Source of the DNA: Microthyrium microscopicum
Taxonomy: Eukaryota
Assembly (NCBI GenBank): GCA_010405405.1
Contig: MU004236.1
Location: 2,300,070 to 2,364,069, forward strand
Length of the DNA: 64,000 nt
Reading direction: 5' to 3'
Shown: positions 1 to 14,034 of the stretch, piece by piece
Layout of the letters: every line of letters begins with the position of its first letter
Numbering within the stretch: the first letter of the stretch is position 1
Program-made: the position numbers and the translations under genes
The notes under the pieces: model-generated
What the model was told of the DNA's origin: nothing
The model's input: only the letters and a program-made list of their open reading frames with translations
The model's database searches: none

Positions 1-39
1 ATGCTTATCTTTATTACTTTCTTTTTATCTATCTATAAC

Positions 40-380
40 CTTATTCTCTTCTTCTAACCTACTTATAACCTTATATTTTTTTTTATATACTACGCTCTTC
101 TTTATTATTCTCTTTTAACCTACTTATAATCTTATACTCCTCTTTATATACTACGCTCTTCTTTATTACCCTTTTCTAACCTACTTATAACTTTATACTC
201 CTTTTTATCTACTATGCTTTTCTTTATTTTTCTCTTTTAACTTACTTATAATTTTATACTCTTTTTTATATATTATACTCTTCTTTATTCTTCTTTTCTA
301 ACCTACTTATAACCTTATACTTCTCTTTATTTACTATACTCTATTTTATTACCCTCTTTATATCTACTTATAACTTTACT
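40..380. repeat. 61-bp tandem array, about 6 degenerate copies, inside the RIP block
   Basis: Anchor acttataa recurs at 61, 122, 183, 244, 305 and 366. Confidence 0.85.
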
Positions 381-3234
381 TTTTTACTCTTTCTTTATCT
401 ACCTTTTCTCTACTAATAAAAGTAAGCTATAAAACTTTTATTACTTATTTTATAACTTTTTATTCTTATTCTTTATATATCTCTAGTATTATTAAATAAG
501 TATTATTATTTAAGTTATTTTTTTTGCTAATATTTCTTATAAATAATAATATTAGTAGCAAAGAAAAAAATATATAATTAATAAACTACTAATATTTTAT
601 ATTCTAAAGAAATATTTATTTATATTATATTAAAAGTTTTTTAAGCTATTAAGTTAACTTTACTAATACTAGCCTATTATTAATACTATATTTAAGTTAT
701 AATAAAAGTTTTATTATATCTATAAAATAATTTTTTTTAGGCTTAATTATTACTTACTACTAATACTATTTATATATACTCTTTTTCTTAAATAACTAAG
801 AGCTTAAATTTAGACTAAGCTATTTATACTAATACGTTCTTAAAGTAATCTCTTAATAAATAGATATTTAAAATATAAAAGAAAAGTCTATAAAGTAAGA
901 AGGTAACTTAAAAAGTTATAAAAGAAATTATTATATTTCTATCTTATTAGTCTAACTATATAAAAGAAACTTATAGTAATAAGTTAAAAACTTATAGCTA
1001 ATAAAAGTAGTATAAATTTATAATATAGCTTATAAATTAAAAGTCTTAGCTTTTAAAATAGAACTAGTATCTTTAATTAAAGCTAATAATAAATAATTAG
1101 AAAATATAACTATTTATATTAGAGCCTAATTACTTATTATATTAAGATTATAAAGTTAAAAATAGTAAATTAGATTTATATAAATTAGAATAAATAGTTC
1201 TATTTTAGTATTCTAATACTTTAAATAGTACTATATCTATAATTTTATTTTTTAATTAATATTTAATTATACTTTATTAGGAAAATATTATTTTTTAGAA
1301 CTCTAACTAGAGCTAATACTAATTAATAAGTATTCTTATCCTATCTAAATTAAGTATTAGTTATAATAAACTAACTTATATTTACTAAAAGAACTAAAAA
1401 GAATTTTATGCTTAAAGCTAGATATAAGTAAATCTCTATTACTAACTTCTTAAACTTTGCTAGTATCTTTTATACTAACTTCTAAGCTTTCTTTTAAAGC
1501 TCTAGGGTAAATAAACTATTAGTTTCCTAAACTTCTTAATCCTCTATCTTCTAAATTACTTTATTAAATAGTATTTCCTTTTAGAAGTTAGAGTACTAAG
1601 TTATTAAATTTATAATTACTTCTTACTTTATTTTAATAAAAATAAGACTAGTACTAAGAAAGTAACTACTATATTTATAATAAGTCTAGAAATTTATTAG
1701 TATTAATTTTAGTATTAGCTTTATTATATCTTATAATTACTTTATAGAATAATTTTAGAAATTTCTTCTAAGTATAAGTTAATAGCTAATATCTATAGTT
1801 AAAGTTTACTAACTCTTAATCCTTTTTCTAATTCTCTATAATATACAATCTAGTAAAGTCTAGAAAGTATTTCTTATATAGTATTAGTTAAATTTATATA
1901 TACTAAGTATAAAAAACTTATATTAAGAGTTTTTATAAGAATAAGAATCTAAAAATAGTAATAGTTTTTAATAAGGCTAATTTCCTTATTAGCTAAATCT
2001 CTAATAACGTAACTAATAAAAAAAACGTTATAAATAGCTTTTTACTATCTATAGGTAAGGTTAACCTAAGAAAAAAATAAAATTTATAAATTACGCTCTT
2101 AGTAACTACGCTTATAAAGGAGTTAATAAAATTTTAGATTAAAGACGATTTAAGAAGCCTCCTTAGAAATAATATAGCTAGTAGTAATATTATAATTATA
2201 AGTAATACTTTTATTAGCGTTAATATATATATTATATTACTTAGACTTCTTATACTTTATTTTTATTAATTCTTAATAGTAAGCTAATAAAGTAATAGTA
2301 GTAAGATATAGTCTAGTTTAATAAGTAGTATACTTAGATTTTTAGCTAAGTAATTCTATAAATTTACTAGTATTAATATTAAGAGAAATTAATAAAGAAA
2401 ATCTAATAATAAAAAAGTATATACTACTCTTATTTAAAGAGTCTTATATAAGTAGTAAGAATAGTAATATATTAGTCTTTAGAAGCTTCTTAGTATTCTA
2501 TAGTTTTATACTCTTTATTATTTTTATAATTAATATAAGTATTATTATTCTTCTTAAGATAATTATATTCTATAGTATAGCTATTAAGATTAGTATAATA
2601 AGTATAATTCTTAATTACGTAAAAATTTTAAAATAATTAATTTATAAGCTTCTTAGTATCTATACTAAGAGAATAAAGTTTTAAAGAGTTAAATAAGTAT
2701 TAATTAAGCTAAGAAACTAAAACTAAGACTAATAAGAAAAATATAGAGATTATTATTACTAATTAAAAAAGAGTATATAAAAGAAGTTAAAGTATATAAG
2801 TAACGTAAAGTAGTATATATATATAGTTTCTTAAGTAATACTCTTTAAAATATATTAATTCTAGCGCTAGATTATAATACTCTTATTATTTTAGGTTAGC
2901 TCTACTATTACTTACTCTTCTTTACTATTTTATTCTTTTTAATTAGTTAAGCTTTTAAAGTTTTAAATTATACTAATTTAATACTCTAAATATTCTCTCC
3001 TTATAGAGGAATATTAAGAGATAGTTTTTAATAAGTAATAAGCTTACCTCTTATATCTTTAAAAGATTTATTTATTCTTTTTTCTCTAACTCCTTTTACT
3101 TCTTTAAAATCTCTAAGTTCCTTTTACCTTTATTATCTAGACCTTTACTACCTTAAAGAGCTTTATTATTACTATAGTATACCTAAATAACCTTAATTCT
3201 CTCCTTTCTATACTTTTCTAGACCTTAATAAACT

Positions 3235-3430
3235 TTATAATACTCTAAACTTTTTTATATAACTTTTATAAATTACTCTAGCTTAGTAATAACTTTTATA
3301 GCCTTTAAACCTTTTTATAAATCCTTTATAAACTATTCTAACTTAGTAGTAACTTTTATAGCCTTTAAACCTCTTTATACTACCTTTATAAACTACTCTA
3401 ACTTAGCTATAACTTCTATAAACTTCTACG
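3235..3430. repeat. 60-bp tandem repeat, about 3 copies, inside the RIP block
   Basis: The lines starting at 3241, 3301 and 3361 align column for column (gcctttaaacct...aacttagt...aacttttata). Confidence 0.85.
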
Positions 3431-4409
3431 TATTAATAGTAACTTTAATAAACTACTTTATACTAATAACTAACTCCTTAGCGTTAATAAAACCTAGCTA
3501 TAGCTTATAGAAACTATTATAAAAAAGCTTTAACTTATAGAAATTATTATAACTAATAGAATACTTATTATTATATACCTTAATGTATTAAACTTAATAA
3601 TAAGTTTTATATACTTTATTTTTTTTATAGATATTAACTATAATACTAGTAAAAGCTCTACGCAAAATTTACTAAATTTAGAAAGCTTATAATCTTCTAA
3701 TTCCTAAAATATTATTTATAAAATTAGTTTACAAGATTTACGTTACGTTCTAAGGAACTTCTAGTAATAATAGTAGTTTAATAAATCTAAATACGTATTA
3801 GTAAAGTAGTATAATTTAATATTTATAAGAATTAGTAGAGGCTTATCTTATTATATACTTTAAAAGTAAGTTATACCTCTATTTTTTAGATTATAAGTTA
3901 TTAATTTTTATAGATACTAACTTTTATATAATTTATATAAAGAGAGTAATAATCTAGTAAAAAGATATAAACTTAGTAAAAGCTCTATATACTAGCTAGG
4001 TTATAGACTATTAGATAAGTATTTAAAATTAACTAGTAATTTTATTATAGAGAAGTAATTAAAACTAGCAAACTTTAGAGGATAAAAAGGAAATTATAGT
4101 TATATAATTATTTATAAATAATAGAACTAATAAACTAATTCTAAATCCTAATTAATACTTTTATAACTTACTAAAAAATTAGTAGTAAGATATAATTATT
4201 AAATACTATACTAAACTTTTTAGGTTAACCTAAATTATATAGCGTTAGTCCTTTATTTAGGTTATCTATTAATAAATACGACCTATAGGCTAGACCTATA
4301 GAAACTTAACCTATTTAGGTTAAGTCATAATATTTCTAAAACCTAACCTACGCGGGTTGTAAAAATATTTAGAGAAACCCATACCCAACCCGACCCAACC
4401 CATGCCCTA

Positions 4410-5026
4410 GCATACTTACCAGCAGCTCCAAATCGCACGAGACAGCCAGCGGGAACAAGCCTTCCACTGTACCTTCGGATGATCCAAATCTCCTGGTCTT
4501 TCAAGAATCCGCGACCACGCGTGTACCCTCGGCCACTTTTCTCAAATATCAGCACGCTGTTGCCGACGCTAAGGACGAAGACGCCGCAGCCACGTTGTTG
4601 ACTGCTTACCTGCGCAACACCATGTCCATCTTCGCCTACACCCCGCAAGGTCTACTCATTAGCCGTTTTATCGACGAGCGAGCGCGTAAGTCCTTCGATT
4701 CCGCATATCTTGCTCGTTGCATCTTCGAAGAGGGTGATCGCGTTTGTGGTACTTACGTCGTTTCCCAACGGGCGGCGCGGCGCGTTGAGCTGGCGTTGAG
4801 TCCGCCCTCGTCGTATGCTGGGCCGGTAGTCAAGGGCGTGATGGTAGTGCGCATTGAACAAGAGAAGGGATGTGACATGTTGCTGTGCAATGAGGTATGG
4901 ATGTGGCGCCGTGAAGATGAGGCGCGCGTGCCAATTGAGGGTGGAATGGGTCGCTGGATGCACGGGTTCTTTGTCAGATGGTTGATGTATCGTGCGCTAG
5001 GGCATATATCCATGGCGAAAAGCTAG
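4410..5026 (+). pseudogene. 5'-truncated fungal hypothetical protein gene; N-terminus lost at the transposon junction
   Basis: The frame of ORF 4595-5026 stays open back to the element end (ILTSSSKSHETASGNK...EDAAATLLTAYLRNTMSIF) with no in-frame ATG upstream of TTG 4595. GC content is normal and the C-terminus is protein-like. Confidence 0.6.
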
Positions 5027-5442
5027 AAAGAAGTACGTCAGCTTGGACGATTTGAAGGATATTGTTCTCAGAATCATATTCAATCATTAGAGCTCACCGC
5101 CCGATTCATTATCGGGAGCTGCTTTTCACCCCGCTACCCACAACAGACGAAGGACCTCTCGTTGGAGTGAGTCCTTACAAGATACTACTCGGTGGGTGAA
5201 AAGGAACTTCAAGGCTGATCGCCTACAATAGCGGGTTGACGTAAAGGCCTCTGAAAGTGCGAGCTTCTGCAAGCGTTACATTCCATTGAATTCGTCCTAT
5301 AGGCTGAATATGTCAAAGAACAAGCCCAGTAGATGGATTAGAAGAAGGCTTCAACGGAAGTGATTTACTTCTTAGTTTAAGCTCACATACATATGCAGAA
5401 GCATACTTTTCTGAAGCCTCCAGTCGTGTAAGGCTTGTGAGC

Positions 5443-5590
5443 GCGCAACCAGTCTGGTGGAAACGTCGAACCAGGATCTTGTAGGTCTTGGAAGCAAGCA
5501 ACCTGAGGAGTGGAAACGTAGAACCAGGCTCTTGCAGATCTTGGAAGCGTGCAACCAGTCTGGCACAGCAGGCCAACCAGGCTCTTGCTT
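5443..5590. repeat. 53-bp-period imperfect direct repeat, 2-3 copies
   Basis: gtggaaacgtmgaaccaggmtcttgyagrtcttggaagc at 5457 and 5510; gcaaccagtctgg at 5445 and 5551. Confidence 0.75.
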
Positions 5591-6734
5591 CATGCAGGAT
5601 CAGCCAATCAATTTCAATTGACACCCAACAAGTTCTTCAATCAGTGACAGATCTTAGGCACAGCCGCTCGACAATATAATATAAAGTAAGTCCACTTCGG
5701 TTTGACAACTCGACGATACTTCAGTCAGCTTCTTGCATTCTTCTCTGAGCTTGAAAACAGGTTGACGGTTGTATTTCAGCCTTCGACTTTGATCTTGCAC
5801 TCTTTTGTCCGTTGACATTCCGCATTCACATGATACAAAGTGCCGAGTTCGATATACTCTGTAGCCCAGTAGAACATGTCTTTTGAATCACAGAACTGCA
5901 AATAGTGACATCTGAGGTTTTTCCCTTTGCTATGAGTATATGAGATATGGTATGTTGCAGCGGCTATGGATGTTTATTTGGTATGAATCTCGAATGATGC
6001 TCGTATTTACATTTTCAGCCTGATGTACTGGTCGAATGGTCGTGCAAAAGTCTTGGCAAGGCTGATTCGCGCATTCGCCATGTTTCCTCCTTCTTTTCAA
6101 GCTATCTAAGCCAGTCTATAAATGCATTATTAAGGATAGTTGTGCTATATCGAATATCGAGAGCAAAACATCCTTTTTCAGATCAGATTATGGTCTAGTT
6201 TGCACTACTACATCTTCAAAGACTATTTCTTACAAGTACTGGTTTGATGTGTTTCTGTTATTTCTCCCACCATTAATCTGAGAACATGAAGAGCTCTCCC
6301 AATCATGTAGAACGCTCGTTTATGATTGTAATCTCATCACAATTCGAGTTTTAAGTAATTTCACCTGGTTCGTTGTTGAATCATGACTTTTTCCTAGGAA
6401 GCTGTCCACGATTTAGTCTCGGACTGGATTGGATACGTGCTCTAAACCGGCGTAGATTCTGGGGATAGGAAAGTTAGACCGTACGGATTTTGTCCGCATG
6501 ATGGACAACGAAAGTATAGGGTTTCAGGAAGACATGCAACATAAAACACTATCATTGAGCAATTCTATATCTATCATCATGACCCGATCCTGCAGTATAT
6601 GAATGTCATAACAAAGCATCAAGCGCAACATCATAGCCCAATCGGGTCAATCGACCGCCTGTTTCTTTTTTTGCTCTTGTCTTCATAATAGCATGAAACA
6701 AATCTAACCTCTTCCTTTTACGATCCAATACGCT

Positions 6735-9335
<2,601 letters not shown>

Positions 9336-9358
9336 TTAGTTTTTTTGTGTCTGGCTGC

Positions 9359-9366
9359 TTCTAGAA
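9359..9366. promoter_or_regulatory. Minimal heat-shock element core (TTCnnGAA) upstream of Hsp110
   Basis: TTCTAGAA about 110 bp upstream of the ATG at 9251; only two perfect nGAAn units. Confidence 0.4.
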
Positions 9367-9552
9367 GGCACTGGCACTCTGCCATGCGCTTTCCATGTTT
9401 GTTGGACAGCTCTTTCCCAATCGCGGGGCAACCCGTTCGAGTTGGTGCCTTTAATCCTTGTGTTCGAGGCACAACTTGCCTTGACTCCTTCGTGCCTTCA
9501 ACATTAACATACAACTATTACAATACATACTATCAGACCGATTTGACACAGA

Positions 9553-9609
9553 TCGTACCCAAGTGCTAAAAGTAAAATCTCGTACCCAAGTGCTAAAAGT
9601 AAAATCTCG
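9553..9609. repeat. Perfect 27-bp tandem duplication
   Basis: tcgtacccaagtgctaaaagtaaaatc at 9553-9579 and 9580-9606. Confidence 0.95.
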
Positions 9610-10721
9610 CTAGCTATGTTCTAAACTCAGACTCCACGATCCCAAAACTCATCAAAAAATCCATGAGAACAGGGCGAAAAATGCACCTCACCGCCACTGC
9701 TTGACGTGTCAATCGTCTTGCAACCACCAATCACCAGATACGCCTTTCAAAAAAATGACAACCTCATGAATTGAACCGCTGTCCTGCAAAAAGAGGGAAG
9801 GCGCGCGGAGGCTGTTCAATTTTCTCGAAATAAAGACAAAAGTCAGATTTTCAGCAACTTCCCTGATGAAAAATCCTCCCAAACAGTCATATATACCTGC
9901 TGCCTGCACGCGATCCTACAGGTAATGATTGGTTGAGGCTGACCACGTCGCCAGTGACCGGTCAACAGTGAAAGTGAGGTTCCGCCCGGTCACCATAGCA
10001 ATCAAAGAGACAACTCACGCATCCAAAAGTACTGTAGAGAAGCAAAAGAGAAGAAGTTAGTTGGATGGTGTGAGGCGTATATTTCCCACTTCAATTGGAA
10101 GCTGTATTAAACTAATATCCACACAATCGCCTCACAGTATCGAATGCCAAGTGCCGAAACAATAACAAGAAACAGGTAATCGTTATCAAGTCGAAGAGTA
10201 GAAAGATTTCGGCTATAATGAAAACAGAGCAACTACAGCAAAATCAATAACACAAAAGCCTTTCCATTTCGCAGCTTTTGCAAATCTAACCTACTCCCAA
10301 TAACACGCCCGGTCTTCGGCAAAGCAATTCCATACTCCCGTTCATGATATGATTTAGTTCCCTTCCACTCGATTTCCTTTACAATATCGGTACTATGAAA
10401 AATGCAAAACGCATCTGAAGAATAAAGCCGGAGGTCAGATGGTGTTCTTGAGGTATTTGATGAGTTTGAAGAGTTTGTGTGTTTTATAGAGAGAAGATGG
10501 GCCATGATGAGTGGTGTTCGTATATAGTCCAGTCCGCCTAGGTGGTTTGGTTGGAGTTTCAGATTCTCTGAATCTCTTTTTGCTTCGCTTTCAGATTGGG
10601 TTATGGCTGCGATTAGCATATTTCGATGTGGAGCCACTGGCCAATAGTGTATGAGATGACTCAAACTGAATCACTACTTTATCAGGCGATAATCAGGCAA
10701 ATTGGATGTAGACCGCGATCC

Positions 10722-13700
10722 CTATTGTTGGCCTACTCTCGCTTTTCTTCGGAACGTGAATAGAGCCATCACCTTCTTCGCCGCGCCCGAGCTACCCGAA
10801 TGATCGCCTTGTTGATCATATCCGTCATTGAAGTTACGGCGTTTATGCAAGACCGAGGGTTTTGAGCCGTGCCGCGAAGAGTTGTAATCAACTGAAGGGC
10901 GAGAGTTCATGGCCGCTGGTTGCGCATAGCCGTAATCCATATCGGGAGCCACATTATGCTGTTGCTCTTGCCGCCGACCGGCAGGTGGAGTTGGGGTTCC
11001 TCGATCTATTGGACTCTCAGGGTAACTGTAATCTCCAGCGAAAGCCTGGGATGGTGGATATGGATTTGGGTACGGTTGAGACGTAGGTGCTACCGGCTTT
11101 CGATTTGATGCGGAGTTGTTTGGCCGGTCAAGAGTCGAGTCGTACAATGCATGAATAGAATCGTTCGTTGTGCTTCTCGAAGGTGATCTGCTCTCCCCAC
11201 GACCGAATGCTATTCGCGGTCGAGGTTCAGGCCGATAATTGGGATCTTTGTCTTCTTTGCGCCCAAATGATGGAATAAAACTGAAACGTCGGGAAGACCG
11301 CTTGCTCTCGGGTTGGTCGTCCTTTGGAGTACTACTCTTTCGACTGAAACTGAAGCTCGTTCTTCTCGAGTCTGATGATTTTCTTGGTTCAGCAGGAGCG
11401 CCACCAGAAGCGAGGTTATTGTCATTGTGCATAGGCTTTGTCATGCTGACAGGTGGATATTTCTTCGACTTACGAGGTTTTTCTTCATCATCTCCTTTGC
11501 CACCAAAGAGTGATCCTCGTTTCGAAAATCCAAGCTTCTCACTGAGACCACTGAGAGTATTAGACCGTCGATGGCCGCTAGCCTTGCCATGCCCTTGACC
11601 GGGAACAGCAGATGTCACAGTCTGTGGATAACCTTGGCTATATTCAGAATCATCTGGTCCCATGTATGATCGACGATCACGCCCAGGCATTTCGTCGCCA
11701 TTGTAAGATGCGAGTCGAGGCTGCGATATACGGCCTTGGGCCTGTTCTCTCGCAACAGCAACTGCAGGTTGCCCGTACGAGCCCCGAGAAGGTAATCTAT
11801 TGGCCGCCAAAGAACCACCAGTTGTAGGTCTTTGTGAAGTAACATTCTCTGATACTGCACGTGGCTGCTCCCGGGCAGGACGTGTTGGTGGCTGCATGGA
11901 AGCAGCAGCAGGATTTCTCGAATAGTCCGCACCAGAACCTGAAACTTCGATCGGGCCTTGACTTCCAGTTCTTGCTCGAGTCTTTGCTGATGATGGATCT
12001 GGACGGGTATTTGGTGACTGTGGTGCAACATATTCAACTTGTACAGTCCGACGCTTTGCGTCACGAGGCGTTTTGGCCTCAGCGTTTGGATCCACTTGAC
12101 CAGTTTTGGGGGCAAGACCGCCAACTTGCGGTGGCTGTCGAGCTCCATGAGCCTTGGACGTTGGTTCTCGAACAGATGCGCTACGAGCAAGATGTGGCAC
12201 TTCATTATATCCTGTAAAAGCTGTTAGTTGAGGATTTCCCGAGGAAAGGACAGGTAACATACCTGAGGGCACCGTTGTGTTCGAAATATCCTTGGTGGTC
12301 GTGGTGCTACTTGTGATGAGTCCAACAACATGGGCATATTCACTAAGCCAGCTGTGTCTTGCAATCTCGAACAAATCGGCGCGTTTCCGTGGATCAGGGA
12401 CAAGGATGCGCTTCAGAAGATCTCGGGCATGTGGTGTGACGTATTCCGGAAATATCAGTGGAGTCGATACGATGTACTTGTATAGAAGGTTGATGTTGTC
12501 ACCTTCAGGATTGTCTGGATCGTCATCAAAGGGTAGATAACCTGCCAGCATAGCGTACTTTCAAGAAGTTAGAGCAACTCCAGACTCAGGCGTGCTAAGT
12601 ACTTACCAGAATAACACCACAGCTCCATACGTCGACTTTGCGGCCAGTGTATAGAGAATCCGTCACAACAAGCTCAGGAGCCGCATAGCACGGGCTACCG
12701 CAGCTTGTCTGCATCAAATCTCCTCTTCGGTGACCTTCGTCATCAGTATGATCAAGACCCAAGCGCTTGACAAAGTCCTTGTTCGTCAAATTATACTCGA
12801 TTTCGTCCGTAAGATTATCATTTGAATTGAACGTGTTGGCGAAACCAAAATCTGTAATAATGATGTTCCGGTTCCTATCCAGTAGGAGGTTCTCAAGTTT
12901 CAAGTCGCGATGTACGATACCTTTCTTGTGAAGGTATCCTACGCCAGAAATTAGTTGAGCGAACAAGCGACGGGCCGCATTGTCCTTGAGATATCTGTTT
13001 TGTAGAATATAATCAAAAAGCTCTCCTCCAGATGCATATTCCAGGATGATTCCAATATGCCGTTCTGTTTCCACCATTTCGTGCAAGCGAACAATATTCG
13101 GGTGCTCTAATTCGCGAAGGATGGCGATTTCTCTATATATCTTGGGTAGTCGAGTTGGGTTGCTGCCGAGAGTCTCTCGTCGGATAAGCTTGATAGCAAC
13201 CTGCGTAGAGCCATCTCGTTTCCAGCCCATCTTGACTTTGCCAAACTCTCCTTCGCCGAGGGTTTGACCAAGGATGTATTCGCCAAATTTTACTTCTTTG
13301 CGTCGTCCACTTTGGCCCTCATGACGGCTGCCTTGTCGCGTATGACGAGTGCTGGATGAATCTTCAGCAGTTGGTGTTGCAACAGCCGTAGTGCTTGATT
13401 CATAGCCTGTGCCATTAGATCCAGTGACAGGCAATGGCCGCGCTTCGGCTGCGCGAGCCTGATCCCGAGCAACGTCCTCAGCAGGATCGGAGATAACAAG
13501 ACGGTTGATTATGGTACTCTCTTCGTGAGGTAATGAAGGTCGAGAAGCTTCCGCACTTCTGCTAGCAGAGGTTGGCTCGCGAGGAGATTGCTGCGCCCGA
13601 CGGCGGGAACTATTATCATCGGCCATTGTGCTTGATTGGGCGGTTCGTGGAGTTTGTGAAGGTGCAGGATCGTATTTCGGGGACGGAGCTCCAGCAGAAG

Positions 13701-14034
13701 TAGGAGGAGATCGATGAGAAGAAGAAATTCTAGGGGGCACTGATGGGCCTGAGCCAGCGGGTGAACCGGTCGGAGATGCGTGCGAAGCAAACGGTTGTGG
13801 TGCAGCGCGCGGCGTGGTCATATCTGAACCGTTCGAAACGGTTGGGGATGGATATTGGGGTTGGACAGAAGCGTTCGGGGTATTGGCATTGCTGGTACGC
13901 GTTGAAGATTTCCTAGCAGTATTGGTGGATGAAGGCGATTGCTGGAGATAAACTTGGTCGCGCGCAGCAACAGAATAACCTTGCCGGTGGGATACAGCAG
14001 AAGTACTTGGCTGGACAGCGGCGGCAGACGACAT
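10722..14034 (-). CDS. KIN4: Kin4/KfsA-like CAMKL Ser/Thr protein kinase
   Basis: [42 protein letters not shown] and the Kin4-type [44 protein letters not shown]. Intron 12606-12558 and a probable in-frame 51-nt intron near 12262-12212. Confidence 0.9.

Larger units (their letters stand above)
1..4409. mobile_element. RIP-degraded AT-rich transposon block, probably composite; right end resembles a hAT terminus
   Basis: Very AT-rich. TpA is saturating, CpA/TpG are nearly absent and some CpG is kept (tacg, acgt), which is the CpA-targeted RIP signature. No ORF of 60 aa or more before 4343. Ends in aacccatacccaacccgacccaacccatgcccta (revcomp TAGGGCATGGGTTGGGTCGGGTTGGG). Confidence 0.85.

Noticed and set aside
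40..380. Regularly spaced repeats as a CRISPR array
   Set aside because: Eukaryotic DNA; the whole unit is repeated with no unique spacers and there are no cas genes.
10233..10664. 143-aa ORF downstream of the kinase
   Set aside because: Non-ATG start, no motifs, and it lies where the kinase 3'UTR is expected.
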